Source of the DNA: Chiloscyllium plagiosum
Taxonomy: Eukaryota
Reading direction: 5' to 3'
Length of the DNA: 64,000 nucleotides
Assembly (NCBI RefSeq): GCF_004010195.1
Contig: NC_057751.1
Location: 2,685,984 to 2,749,983, forward strand
Below are positions 39,722 to 53,059 of the stretch, piece by piece; the stretch's first letter is position 1; the number at the start of each line of letters is the position of its first letter. Under the pieces are notes generated by a model. The model searched no databases, had not been told where the DNA came from, and worked only from the letters and a program-made list of their open reading frames with translations. A program made the position numbers and the translations under genes.

Positions 39722-40331
39722 TTTAAAATCACATGACGCCAGGCTATAGTCCAACAGGTTTACAGACACTCATAACCCCCCACCCCAACACCCCATACAC
39801 CCACACCCACATGCACACACACATATAAATTTGCGGTGTGAATTTGTACTTGCAGAATTACATTTTACTTTGCTCAAAAACTGCATGAATCCATGTAAGA
39901 TTCTGTAAATCTGTTTTTTAGATTAGAATCAGTCTGACCATTGTGGCACAGACACAACCTCACATGGAGCTAACACCTTCAATACATTATCTGGGCTGAC
40001 GTGATACCAATTGTTAAAGTACACTTGAGAATGTAACTTTTAAAAAAAAGCTTGTGATTTACATATAAAAGAACTGAAACCAACACGATCATTCTAAAAG
40101 ATGAGAGACTTAACAAACAAGCCAGGTTTTTTTCAATATATAATTTCAGTTACATCATACTGTAAACTTTTGCTATAAATTCTGTGTGTTATGATCTTAT
40201 TCTCCACAACCACCTGATGAAGGAGCAGGCTCCGAAAGCGAGTGCTTCCAATTAAATCTGTTGGACTATAACCTGGTGTTGTGTGATTTTTAACTTTGTA
40301 CACCCCAGTCCAACACCCGTGTCTCCAAATC
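39722..40331 (+). mobile_element. Penelope family B 3' region with pLTR and a short inverted pLTR at the left end
   Basis: 39722-39761 is the inverted arm. 40211-40331 reads cacctgatgaaggagcaggctccgaaag...ccagtccaacacc...tctccaaatc. Confidence 0.8.
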
Positions 40332-40645
40332 CTGATTTTGTGTGATTTTGTCAACCATTGAATTCTCATGATGGGTCTTGTGCTTTTCGTGGAAGCTTTA
40401 ATGTGGCACCAAGAGCAGGCTGAGCAATTTGTATCACTGAGAAAGGTGGTCAAGACCATGCTCTGGTCAAGTTTGACTCTAATTTTCAGCGTAGTGCCAC
40501 TCTGCATCCACACATGATTCAAGGGAGAAATTGCTTTCTGAATATATACACTGATAGCTTCATCGGTAGTTACTTTCTGAAAAGGCATATCACCAAAGGA
40601 TGAGAACAATTTCACAACCTTGTAATCAGAGTCATCAACAATTGT

Positions 40646-41147
40646 ATAAAACAAAGAATTGCAGATGCTGCAGATGTGAAATAAGAACAGGAATTGCTGG
40701 CAAAACTCGGCAGGTCTGGCAGCATCTGTGAGGAGAAATTGTAGAATCCAGACAGTTCAACCTATTGAGTCTGCAGCAACACTCCAAAAACCATTCCACC
40801 AGCCCTCACCCCAATTCCCATAACCGTGCATTAATGATGGCTAATTCACCTGGATACTGTGGGCAATTTAGCATGACCACCTAACCTGCACACCGTTGGC
40901 CTGTGGGAGGAAACTGCAGCTTCTGGCAGAAACAGGAAGAATGCAAGCTCCATATAGGCGGTCAACCGTGGGTGGAATTTAGCCCAGATCCCTGACACTC
41001 TGAGGCAACACTGCTAATCACTGAGCTACCATGCTGCCTTTCAGAGCGGTTCTGATGACGGGTCACTGGGCTGAAAACATGACTCTGCTTTCTTCCCGCA
41101 GAAAATGCCAGTCATGCTAGGTTTCACCAGCAATTTCTGATTTTGTT
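40646..41147. mobile_element. Family D inverted pLTR pair with an HE1 SINE (40742-41038, -) nested between the arms
   Basis: Arms 40650-40740 (-) and 41045-41147 (+). Flanking tcatcaaca at 40632-40640 and 41148-41156. Confidence 0.75.
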
Positions 41148-42993
41148 TCATCAACAGCTATGCCTGGTGTTTATTCATGTGTGGCTTGGTGCAGGCTATA
41201 ACATTGCCCTAGTTATGGAAACACTGATTTGGATAGCACTGTCTTCAGCAACATGGAGAAATTGCCTGCCAGTCTAGATTTCTTTCTTGTGTTGGGCAGC
41301 TAGCACACAATTACCTGCATACAAATATACTCAGTCTGAACAGGTTGAAGACCTTTCATTGAACAGAACCTAACGTTATTGCTGACAAGAATATCTCTGG
41401 TATCTTCTGTCAGCATTCAATTGAAAATATTGAAGAGTCCAGGAGCTACAATGCACCCTTGTGATCTGGTGAATGACAACGCATTGGACATCTCACAATA
41501 AGCACAACCATCTCTAACCATGTCATTTGTACTGGAAACGTGGTTTTGACAGACCTGTTAGAATATTCTAGCTTGGACAGCAATGGCCATAGACCATGTT
41601 GACTTACATTGTTTAAATCCTATGCAGGGTCTACGAACAGCATACGTAGATTCATTGGGAGAGGAAGGGATAGATCTTAGGGCTGAGTTATTTGCAGGTT
41701 TGGCCATCACCGGTGGAACGGTCAACATCAGGGACATTCAGGAGGCTAGGATTGGAACAACATCAATATTTTGGAGGGCTGTAGTGGCAGAGGCAGTGAT
41801 GGAGGGTAAAGGCTGTGGAGAGATTTTCAAGTCAAAGAATTTACTGTCATACTGCAGTTGCAGTGTTTGTAATATTGGTATGCAAAATGGTTTGTATCTT
41901 AAGGAGACTGGTTCGGGCTTTTTAAATATCAGTCATGAGTATCTCCAGCAGGACTGTGTGGGAGACAGCAATGATTGCAAACAAGAGAGAATGATCTCAC
42001 AGTGAGATCTGTGTGTTAGTTACAAGATGAGACAACTTTGAACTTATTAGTCCAGAATGTGTTCCAACATGGGTGGATAAATAGCTGCAAAATCTAATTA
42101 AATATCTGAACAAAAGAGTAATTCTTTTCTCAAAAGAGTATTTAAGCAACTTTGTAATAACATGCTGTGGATAACATTGAATATTATTTTTTAATATGTT
42201 TGAATATTGCTGTTCAAAATGTTTCAACTCAAATCTTAATAACAACACACTACACAACCAGCAAGAGCAGACAGATGATTCGTAATTATCTATTTACACT
42301 TTGCTCAATGAAACACAACAAAAACAGCTTCATGTACAGTTGGTTTTGAGGAAGGGGGTCTTAGGTTTTGGACAATAGTTCATTGTCCATCCCTAAAGAC
42401 CCTTGGGAAAGAAAAACAGAAAGTGCTGAAGAAGCTCAGCAGATCTCAGCATCTGTGAAGAGAGAAAAAGAGTTGTTGCTTCAAATGATTCTTCTTTCAA
42501 AGCCATGTTCTGAGTAGATACATAATGTTAAACCAGTTTCTCTCTCAACAGTTCCCATCCTGCTTTAGTGCACAATTTGGATCTGAACAGTTGTTCATTT
42601 TGATTTTACAAAAGGATGTGGAAAGCAGCACAACTCAAATTAGAAATGAACACTATTTCTTTTTGTCTGTTAGACAGTCATCCCATCCCAGATATCCTGA
42701 TGGATAATTAAGAAGACAGGCAATGAAGGCATCAGGTTAATTATTCTCACTGCTTTCAGTCATCAAATGGTACCAAACTATTGATCCATCTTCATACCTG
42801 TACTACTTAATTCTGCACTTCTGTCATTCAAGCAACAGCTTGGCAGCAGCCTTCAGCATAGGACCGAGTCACAATTTAATCTTGTCTCTATAGATTCACA
42901 GACTTCATTGATTTAACCTTGCTAATTTTGTTGGGAGTCTGGAGTACACATTTATTCATTGCTCTGTCGGGAGAAACAAGCACTCTAGAAAGT

Positions 42994-43033
42994 GAGTTCT
43001 GAGGAAGGATCACTGAACTTGAAATGTTAACTC
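42994..43033 (+). ncRNA. Minimal hammerhead motif (family D pLTR; element about 42993-43098), partly decayed
   Basis: gagtt-CTGAGGA-a-ggatcactgaactt-GAAA-tg-TT-aactc with a perfect 5-bp stem I. Flanks cactctagaaag/cactctgtaaag suggest a diverged TSD. Confidence 0.55.
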
Positions 43034-43139
43034 TGCTTTCTCTCCATACATGCTGCTAGACTTGCTGAGCTTCTCCAGCAATTTCTGTTTTCGTTTCACT
43101 CTGTAAAGCTACAGCCTTGCCTGAAACTTGCTAACTTAC

Positions 43140-43575
43140 ATTGACTGCTGGTTCAATAACATTTCCATTTTAAAATTCTCATCCTCATTTTCAAATTCCC
43201 TTTCTGATCTCTCCCTTCCCTCTCTCTGGTATCTCTAAACCCCCTCCCCTTGCCACCCCACACGGGATTGTGGCATTCCCCTAATTCTGACCACTTGCAC
43301 ATCGCAAATTTTAATTGCTCCCCTATTGGCAATCATGTGTTCAGTTGCTTGGGCCCTTCATCATAGAATTCCCTTCTTAAACTCATATGTTGCCCTCCTG
43401 CTTCTTTAAGAAGTTTACTATAGCATCCCTCGTTCTTTGAGATTTTGGTCACCTGCAATTGTATTATTCTGATGTGGTCAGAGTGAAACATTTTATTTGA
43501 TAATCCTGTTATGAAATGACTTGGGATCTCTTATTACTCTAAGCATGTTGTATAAACGTAATTGCTTGTTGTTCA
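43140..43575 (+). mobile_element. L2 LINE 3' end
   Basis: tttaaaattctcatcctcattttcaaattccc...gaattcccttc...ttttggtcacctg...tataaacgtaattgcttgttg. Confidence 0.7.
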
Positions 43576-44069
43576 GTTGAGGAATTAGAAGCATTAGAAT
43601 TTGACCTGCCCTCTTTGACCACATTAGCTTGACTGTAGAAAGTGAGTTCCTGAAAAATTTACAAGCACTTGCTGCTGAAAGTGGAGGCAGAGTCCAGGCG
43701 CTGCAAGCAGTCTCTTAACTTCCTGCCTGAAGTTTAGATTATTTCTGGCTGTGGAGTGTTAATCCAGTGCCAAGGGAGTTGTTGAATTATAAAACTGAAC
43801 ACTTGTATTGACAATGGGTTTTTTATTGCAGAATGCAGCACGACATGTGTCTGTTTCCAAACAATCTCAGCAGTATTGTTTTATGAATGCTCCATGTAAT
43901 TAAAATGACCTTCATTCCTGTATCCTAAAAAATAAAAGTTTAAAAATCATTAACACAAAGAATTCATCAATTCTGAAATGCAAACAAAGTTTTTTTTTAA
44001 ATCTCGACAGGAGCGTGTTTGGAGGTTTTACAAAGGCACGAATGAAGATTTCAGCAGCAGCTGAGCTGA

Positions 44070-44403
44070 GTCATAGAGTCATAGAGATGTACAGCATGGA
44101 AACAGACCCTTCAGTCCAACTCATCCATGCCGACCAGATATCCCAACCCGACCTAGTCCCACCTGCCAGCACCCGGCCCATATCCCTCCAAACCCTTCCT
44201 ATTCAGATACCCATTCAGATGCCTCTTAAATGTTGCAATTGTACCAGCCTCCACCACATCCTCTGGCAGCTCATTCCATACACGTACCACCCTCTGCATG
44301 AAAAAGTTGCCCCTTAGGTCACTGTTTGTTAATTTTCCCAGATGCACTCCGATGTCCAGCGATACACGAAATCAAACAGCAAAGGCGGTAACCGTGCAGG
44401 TTT

Positions 44404-44439
<36 letters not shown>

Positions 44440-44460
44440 CTGCACTGTCCTCACCATGTG
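44070..44460 (-). mobile_element. CR1 3' end (44070-44320) fused to a CT-microsatellite segment, inserted in an L2 fragment
   Basis: Young CR1 tail tcatagagtcatagagatgtacagc. The host L2 reads through (cagcagctgagctgag|caggggtgaag). Confidence 0.8.
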
Positions 44461-44879
44461 CAGGGGTGAAGTTACTGAAGTGAACTAAGTTGCCTTCGTG
44501 ATAACACAAATATGAGGTTAGAAACACACTTCAAGATCAAAATTGATAACAGACGAAGGGATAAAAGTTTGATTGATAGTTCAGAATCACCGAATTGGAT
44601 TGTAAAAGAATATGTTTGCTCTCTGGTTGTTGGAAAGTAGTGTGTGGTCTGGAGAGTCATTTCAGATACCCACTACAGGGTAACTGTGAGGCCTGGACAT
44701 TTAGAGACAGGAGGCTCATGAGACAATGACTCCACGGATATGTCTGAGCAGAGTGATCAGCCCTAATTCTCAGACTGGTGTACAACTGTGGCTGTGAGTA
44801 CTTCAATATAAGCTTCTAATTCACTCACAGAGAATGGTAACAGAAGGGAGTCATTTATCCCATTCTGTCTATTCCATTG

Positions 44880-45230
44880 GGAGGTGGTATTATCACTCAA
44901 CTGTTAATCCAGCAACCTGTGGAATGTTCTGGGGACCCAATTTCACATCATGCCAGGCAGATGGGAGAATTTGAATTTAATTAAAACACCATGGAATTAA
45001 GAGTCAAATGATGACCAGCAGACCACTGTCAATTGTTAGACAAACCCATGTTGCTCACACATGCTCTTTAAACCAAAGAAATTTGCCATCCTTACCACGT
45101 CTGGCCTACACGTGACTCCAGACACACAGCAATGTGGTTGACTCTTAACTGCTCCCTTGGTAATTAGGGATGGGCAATAAATGGTGGCCTTGCCAGCAAT
45201 ATGACATCCCATGAATAAGTTTTTAAAAAC
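44880..45230 (+). mobile_element. tRNA-derived SINE, second family
   Basis: Colinear with 12555-13165 once the nested HE1 is removed. Confidence 0.7.
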
Positions 45231-46332
45231 TGTGCAAGGACAACTTCACCCACTCACCCACTTTCTCCCCATATCCTGTAAGTTATTAAAATTCAGACAA
45301 CAATAATACAATTCAGAATTATCTTTCCAAATCGCTAATTGAATCACACCACCACACACACTCAGGCTGTGCATTCCAAATCTTAACCACTTCTGGCTCA
45401 CAAACAGTTTCCTCATGTTGCTGTTGGCTCAGACCTGATCTTAAGACACCAAGAGGCTCTTTAGTACGTGAATGAGCTTCCCAAGGAGCAGTGACGGCAG
45501 TGTTCTCAAATATTTTGAAGGCTGAGTTAAATTGATTCTTGATTCACAAGAGAATCACTGGGTTATGGTGAACAGACATGCAATAGACATGAACAACCAT
45601 GCTCTTGTCAAAGGGAGGAGTCGGTTCAAGGGATTAACTTGCAGATCCCTGTTCCTGGATATAATTGACATTCTGGAAAGCTGTCCTGGCAACATTAAAT
45701 GAGAAATTGAGGATAAAAACAGAAGAAGAATCAGATGTGTGGATGATATTGTGAAGTAGAGAGAGGAAAGTTAGAAGAAAGCTAAAGCAGAAGACCGTAT
45801 CAATGGCCCCTCTCAGGCTATCATGTAAGTGAATGAATGATGGAAATTACACCTCATTCGGCCGATCACACCTTTTCCTTGGATCGGATCCTATTTGTCC
45901 ATTTTATATTCCTATCCTTTTGCATTCTTTGCTTCCTGTTTTGCCCTTGTCTTTGAGTCTTGTGGTAGGGATTCAAGCCCTATTTCGGATATTTGAACGC
46001 ATCATATAGACTGCCACTTCCAGAGTGCTAACTTGCTGAAATGTGCTGCCTTCCATAGGAAATATTAAACTGAGGGACCACATGGCTGTCTTTTGGGTCT
46101 CAAGGAACTTGTGGTATCATGTTGAGGAGAGCTCAGTGATTCTTCCCAGATCACTAGCCAGGATTTTAACCATCAAGAAAAAAAACAAAAGAACTAAAAA
46201 TACTAGAAGTATGAAGCAAAAGTAGAGATTGCTGGAAAATCTCAGCAGGTCTGGCAACATCTGTGGAGAGAAATTAGAGTTAACATTTTGGATCCAATGA
46301 CCTGGGTCCACTTCTGAAGAAAGGTTGTAGCA

Positions 46333-47680
46333 TCATAGAGTCATAGTGATGGACAGCACAGAAACAAACCCTTTGGTCCAACTCATCCACGTCGACCAGA
46401 TATCCCAAACTAATCCAATCCTATTTGCCAGCAGTTGGCCCATACCCTTCTAAGCTCTTCCGATTCATTTACCCATCCAGATGACTTTTAAATGTTAAAT
46501 GTACCAGCCTCCACCATTTCCTCTGGCATCTCATTCCATACATGCACCACCCTCTGCGCGAAAAAGTTACCCCTTACGTCCCTTTTAAATCTTTCCCCTC
46601 TCACCCTAAATCTGTGCCCTCTACTTCTGGACTTCCCCCAGCCCAGGGAAAAAAACCTTGCCCGTTTACCCTATTCATGCCCATTCTTATTTTATAAACC
46701 TGTACAAGGTCACCCCTCAGGGAAAACAGCCCCAGCCTATTCAGCCTCTCCCTATAGCTCAAATCCTCCAACCCTGGCAACATCCTTGTAAATCTTTTCT
46801 GAACCCTTTCAAGTTTCACAACATCTTTCTGATAGGAAGGAGACCAGAATTGCACACAGTATTTTAAGAGTAGCCAAACCATTGTCATGTACAGCTGCAA
46901 CATGACCTCCCAACTCCTATACTCAATGTTCTGTCCAATAAAGGAAAGCATACTAAACGTCTTCTTCACTATCCACTCTACCTGCAACTCCACTTTCAAG
47001 GAACTATGAACCTGTACTCCAAGGTCTCTTTGACACGCCCCAGGACCTTACCATTAAGTGTATAAGTCCTGCACTGATTTGCCTTTCCAAAATGCAGCAC
47101 CTCACTTGAATCTAAATTAAACTCCATCTGCTACTCCTCAGCCCATTGGCCCATCTGATCAAGATCCCCGTTGTACCCTGAGGTAGTCTTCCTCGCTGCC
47201 CACTAGACATCCAATTTTGGTGTCATCCGCAAACTTACTGACTGTACTTCCTATGGTCACATCCAAATCATTTGTATAAATGACAAAAAAGCAGTGGATC
47301 CAGCACTGGTCACTGTGGCACACCCCTGATCACAGGCCTGCAGTCTGAAAAGCATCACCACACTCGGTCTTCTACTACCAAGCCAATTTTGTACCTAATT
47401 GACAAGCTCTCCCTGAATTCCATGTGATCTAACTTCAATAATTAGTCTCCCATGTGGAACCTTGTCTAAAGTCCATGTAGACAACATCTATCTACCATTC
47501 TGCCCTCATCAGTCTTTTTGGTTGCTTCTTCAAAAAAAACTTCATCAAATTTGTGAACCACAATTTTTCTACGCACAAAGCCATGATTACTATCCTTTAT
47601 CAGTGTACATGCCTCTCCAAATGTATGTAAGTCCTATGTTTCAGAATCCCTTCCAACAATTTATCCACTATTAATGTTCG
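46333..47680 (-). mobile_element. 5'-truncated CR1 LINE (RT)
   Basis: ORF 46601-46999 has CR1 motifs; similar to 13768-15000. Confidence 0.94.
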
Positions 47681-49199
47681 ACTCTCCAGACTGTTTTCTG
47701 CTCATGACCATGTTGTTATTTTTGGGACCTGCTTTGTGATGGTTAACTGACCCATTCTCTTGGTTACAACTGTGAATTATACTTCAAAAGCTCTTCATAG
47801 ACTGCGAAGCAGTTTGGGATGCATGAAGGTCATGAAAGGTGTTAATGAGATTTTGCTGACCTTCATTCTCCATCAGGTTCTGATCTTTTTATCCTTCAGT
47901 ATCCCCTGCATTCTTTGCATAAGTCCATCTCATTTCAGCAGTTCTGAGTTTGGTTAAAGAAAACTATTAGCCCATGAGTAACTGCAGACAGATTTTTTTG
48001 CATGAAAATGAAAACAAAGCAGCTAGACCACGAGGAAATGAGCTGTGCCCCTACACATTTCACTAATGACACTTGAAGTATAAAGCATTCTGTCTTCACA
48101 TAAAGTCGGTCTTGAAATGCTGTGTAATGGAAAGCACTTTGACAAGTGCAAGCTAAACTCAATACTTTATTACTAGATTAATTTACATCACTCCGGTGCA
48201 CATAAATGTGATTCCATTGATTACAAATGTATTTTTCCATCATTTTTTGCAGTTGAAGCTGTTTTATCTTTTAATTTGATGCATAATTAATCTTTTGAGA
48301 TCTCTTAAACTTTGCATTAATTTTCAAATTTTTCCAATATTTTATCATTAGTTTTAAATGATTTTCATTTCAAACCAACACTTGTTAAGATTACCAAAAT
48401 CAAATTGCCTCCTCATTCTAATGAAGGAAATAACACCGATAATACAATGACATATTAAAATTCTATCACGCAAGTTGGAAAAGAGAGGGTTTTTCCTTCT
48501 CCTAAATAGGTGAGCAGGAGATTAATTAACTCCAGGGTGCCTTTGATTCTGAGATTTTCTGTCAATGGTAGATATATAATTGGAAGCAAAGGGATGTGTA
48601 TTTTAAAGCAGAGAGTTTGACCCAATCTGCCAGGAGTAGGACCACTCAGGCAAGAGCAATTTGGGGAATAAATTATTTCTTGCAGCTAAATATTTACGTG
48701 TCAGGTCCAAGTCTTGATGCTTGAATTAAAAGCTTCTTCTTAAAAATTGATGTGTTTCACTGTTCATATCTGTTGGATATTTGATTTGCCTCAAAGCATT
48801 ATAAGAAGGTGACATCAGGTTTCTCAGTCTGTAGAAGCTTTATTTTCAGAATTGTACCCAAAGCTTTAAAATGTCAACACTGTGCTTCAGTTTTTCACAT
48901 CCCTCTGTCTGTTTACTTATCTCAGACTCAACACCCTGGCTTAAGCAGTCAACCACAATGAGCATAGACTCTAAAACACAGTGCAGTTCAATATGACAAT
49001 GGTAACTTGGTGGGAAATTGCATCCATTCATGAGCTCTCCAGGCTCAATAATGAGCAAGAAAGAATTCCTGATATAACTTGTCTGAACGTTTGTTCCTGG
49101 TGAGCCTTCAGTGACTGCTGCTGGAGGTATGTAAATGTAGACTAAATGAAGGCAAATGTGATTTTAACTTCAGTGATCTGACAGAGAAATGGGTATGAA

Positions 49200-49722
49200 A
49201 CATGGTTCACTGGGCAGCAGTCTGTTCTCCAAATTAGAAGGCTATGGGTTTGAGTTGCAATCCACAGATCTGACTAATCAGAGTTCTTACGACAAGAGTG
49301 CTACCAAAGGAGAGGCAAACTACCAGAGAGGCCACCTTTGGGGGGAAATTTTAAATTGAGACCCTATCTTCCTTCTGAAGTGGTTGGAAAAGATTTAGCA
49401 GCACCACTTTGTATAAGAGCGGGGGCCAAGAGCTGATATGTAAGATGATGTTTGTCCCCAGTCAACTAAAATAGATTATCTGCCCATTATCATATTGCTG
49501 TCTGGGGAGCTCGCTGTGCAAAAATAGGCTGCAGCATGTCCTCCATTTCAGAANNNNNNNNCTGACCTGCTGTGCTGTTCCAGCAATAAAGTTTCAACTT
49601 TGATCTCCAGCATCTGCAGACCTCACTTTCTCCTCTAAAATAGATTATCTGCCCATTATCATATTGCTGTCTGGGGAGCTCACTGTGCAAAAATAGGCTG
49701 CAGCATGTCCTCCATTTCAGAA
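49200..49722 (+). mobile_element. Deu-SINE containing a family A pLTR end (49562-49634) flanked by an 88-bp duplication
   Basis: 49466-49553 and 49635-49722 differ at one base; N gap at 49554-49561. Confidence 0.8.
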
Positions 49723-50029
49723 GGGGAGGAGCTGGTGTTGCACTGGGGTGAACAAATCTGCCTTACTGTCTTATTTTGACACTATCAACTTGATAAGTTG
49801 TTCTGATTTCTCTATGTCGGATAGTTTGGACAATTATTTGTTACTTTGGCTCAATCCTCAGTAAGTTACTCTTAAACCTGCTATGTTATTCCATCCATTT
49901 GGTTTGTCTCCATCACCATCCTGTCTTTAATTTTTTGTCACTGTCTATCTGCCTCAATTAATCGAATGAAAGGTCATCCCTTCACTTACTAGTCAGCAGT
50001 TGACACTTTACTCACACCCTCTGTGCTGT

Positions 50030-50335
50030 TGATCACCTGCAGAGACTTATTTTTCAGCCTGCTGACACTCCGCTCACACCATTCGTATGATGGTTTGATG
50101 TCTCTGCTGTTAAATTCTGTGTCTGTTGTCTTCACTTCACCTGATGAAAGAGCAATGCTCTGAAAGGTTGTGATTTCACATAAACCTAGTTAAAAATCAC
50201 ACAGCACCAGGTCATAGCCCAACAAGTTTAATTGAAAGCATGAGCTGTTCCTTCATTAGGTGCTTACCGGCATCTCCAAATCATCACATATATACCTGCT
50301 GGACTATAATTCGGTGTCATGTGACTTCTGACTCA
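50030..50335. mobile_element. Family B-like pLTR with a second family B piece inserted into it
   Basis: cacctgatgaaagagcaatgctctgaaag...cacataaaccta | inverted arm + terminus | cacatatatacctgctggactataa. Confidence 0.65.
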
Positions 50336-50724
50336 TTTCAGATGTGATGACATTTTAAAGGTAATCAATTGGCTGAAAACCACTCGGATGTCCATTGGTC
50401 TTCAAAATTGCAATATAAATGCATCTCTCTCTTTGACAATCAGTTTTTGACTCCTACTGCAGAAAGACTGACTGAGTGAGAGAGATAGTATAATCAAGAA
50501 TTTATAATCCCAAAGTACAGCACTAGATGGTCCAACAGCCACATCATAAGAAGAACTGACTGGGTGGGCACACTGACCTGCGCAGAGTGGACAATTTAAG
50601 GAATAATAGCCCCAAGACTTCAAAAGTGTAGCTGTGAGAAAAGATTGGATAGTCTCACATTGTCTTTCTGAGAACAACGAGGTTTGTTGGTGTGACTTAA
50701 CTGAGGTGTACAAAATGAGAGTCA

Positions 50725-50960
50725 GGAGGTGAGTTACTCATTACGGTATTCCTTGCCTCCAACCATCTCTTGTTGCTACAATATGTTCATGGTGAGACCA
50801 GTTCAATGTCTGGTCAATGGTACCCCGGGACTTGGAGAGTGGGGATTCGGTGATTGTAACACCATTGAATGTCAAGGATGGTGGCTAGATTCTCTCTTAT
50901 TAGAGATAGTCATGACCTGGCATTTGTGAAGTGCAGATATAACTTGCTGCTTTTCAGTCC
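50725..50960 (-). mobile_element. CR1-group LINE fragment (same family as 20575-21610)
   Basis: gtggggattcggtgattgtaacaccattgaatgtcaagg matches 21187-21226. Confidence 0.75.
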
Positions 50961-51669
50961 AGTTTATTCAGTTTTGGTGGTGAGGTGAGATCGAAACATA
51001 GAAGCATAGAAAATAGAAGCACGAGTCGCTCATTCGGCCCTTTCACTCTTCTCTGTCATTCAACATGATTATGGCAGATCATCCAGGTCAGTACACTGTT
51101 CCTGCTTTGTCCCAATATTCTTTGATCCTTTTAACATGAAGAACTGTATCTCGCTCCCTCTTGAAAATATTCAATGTTTTGGCCTTACGGCAGAAATCAA
51201 TTGCAATTTAGTTATGAAATTACTTAGGTGGGTTTTAAGTCTGAATGTTGCAAATCAGACAATATGATTTCCGGAAAGAAACTCATTTGTTTGAATATTT
51301 TCAACTTGTAGCTCAACTGTGCAACAATTCTCTCAGATTTGAGGAAGTAGTTGAAATATTCATGCCTTTCTCTCGTCCACCCTTTTACCGACCTCTTTCC
51401 TCTGCTTGGGCATTTTGTGATATCACTTTCAGACAACTTGCAATAAGCAACATTCCATTACAACTTAACTCGCTCTTTAAGCTACACCTCACAAAAATTT
51501 ATTTCACATCATTACAGACAAATATTTGCAGGTTTATTAATTGCTAAGAATTATTTTGAAAACATATTAACCATGCAATTAGTTAATCACCCTTGAGCAA
51601 ATCCTGGCAAGGCACTCCAGTTTACATAAACACTTAAATGTTTGAGTTGATTATTGAATTCTGAGCTCT

Positions 51670-52030
51670 CAACCTCAGTACATCCCAAAGTGCTTGAGGT
51701 GATTTTGAAATTGTTTTCACTGTCATACTGGAGGAAGCTCAGCATTCAATTTTCAGGCAATGAGATCCCACACACAATCCTGGAAAATTGATGAGGTACT
51801 CTGAATGAGATGCTGATGTCAGAATAAATATTGGACATGACACCAAGTTCTCCCTGTTCTCCGATCGTGGCTTGGTGATTTCTTTAATACCGACCTGCAG
51901 ATGGAGGGCTCCTTTAATGTTCCATCAAGAAGAAAACACCTCTGTCAGCGTCATGCTCCCTCACAACTCATTGTCCAGAATGAGTTCAGGAACCAACAGG
52001 CTTCTGTCTCAGAGGCAGGAATGCCAGCTT
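51670..52030 (-). mobile_element. Degenerate Deu-SINE
   Basis: acatcccaaagtgctt...aataaatattggacatgacacc...tttaatgttccatcaaga...cttctgtctcagagg. Confidence 0.55.
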
Positions 52031-53059
52031 TTGTGATGGGGGGGTCATTTTGAAGGGGTTAATGTTCATGTTCCATTGGCTCCATCCATTCTACTGATAT
52101 CATACACAGTCTGTGTGTGGAAATATGGCATTTTACCCCAGCTTTCAAAAGGAATTCTGATAGAGTCACCAGACTCAAAACTTTCTCCCCACAGATGCTG
52201 ACAGACCTGCTGAATTTCACTGGCAATTTCTGTTTTTGTTTCAGAAGCAAGAGATGTATCTGGTTTAATTCCCAAAGGTCTTCATAATTCTGCATGATAA
52301 GATGTAACTGCATTGACTGCCATTCTTGTTATCTCTGCAAAGGGTGTGTTCTGCAGATACTTAACAGTGGTGTATCCTCTTCCACTGATGGTTAAATAGA
52401 TCCAAGACAAAGCAGAGATAAAGGAGGATAAAGCCTCACACCGTATCACATAGTGGCAGAGGTAGCAAATATCACAAGTGTCAAGGCTGGTTATCTGGGA
52501 AAGTGCCACATTACCACTGAGCCATGGGTATTAAAAACAATTATCCTCTAATAGCAGTTAATGGCAAGAATTCAGGAAACAAAAAAAAACTGGCATCGAG
52601 AAAATGGTGATAACTGCAGTTTGGACAGCACATGAAACAAACTCAAACTGCCCACCCTCTTCTTGCATACTTTGACACCTTCTGTTTTAAGAAATATATC
52701 TTTGGCCTCATCAAGGTCAGGAATAATTGTTTTGAGGAATGGATTCTCTGTCAGCATTAAGAATTCCCATGACAAGTGAAAGTAAGAGCAGGTTCTTCAG
52801 CACAAGAACATACAACGATAGAGATTAGACTCTTTTCTTATCTTGCACTCCTTTCATTCTCATCATTTGAGGATTACAGAGCTTTAGTATGTGTGATTGC
52901 TGAGCACATCATGATGATTCCCAACCAGCTGAAAGCACTGTTTCCAAGCAAGAGAAGCTAGACCAAATGTTGGAGCTTTGAAGTGTTGATCGATAGTTTT
53001 GTTTGATTTGGGAAGAGGAACTTTGTCCATGTGTTTCCTCAGGAGATCAAGCAGCTTTG

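Noticed and set aside
40133..40654. 173-aa ORF
   Set aside because: The C-terminal part is antisense Penelope pLTR (the same peptide appears at 36398-36598); the rest is unrecognisable.
41583..42005. 140-aa ORF
   Set aside because: Appears to overlap a decayed antisense L2-like fragment; no domain evident.
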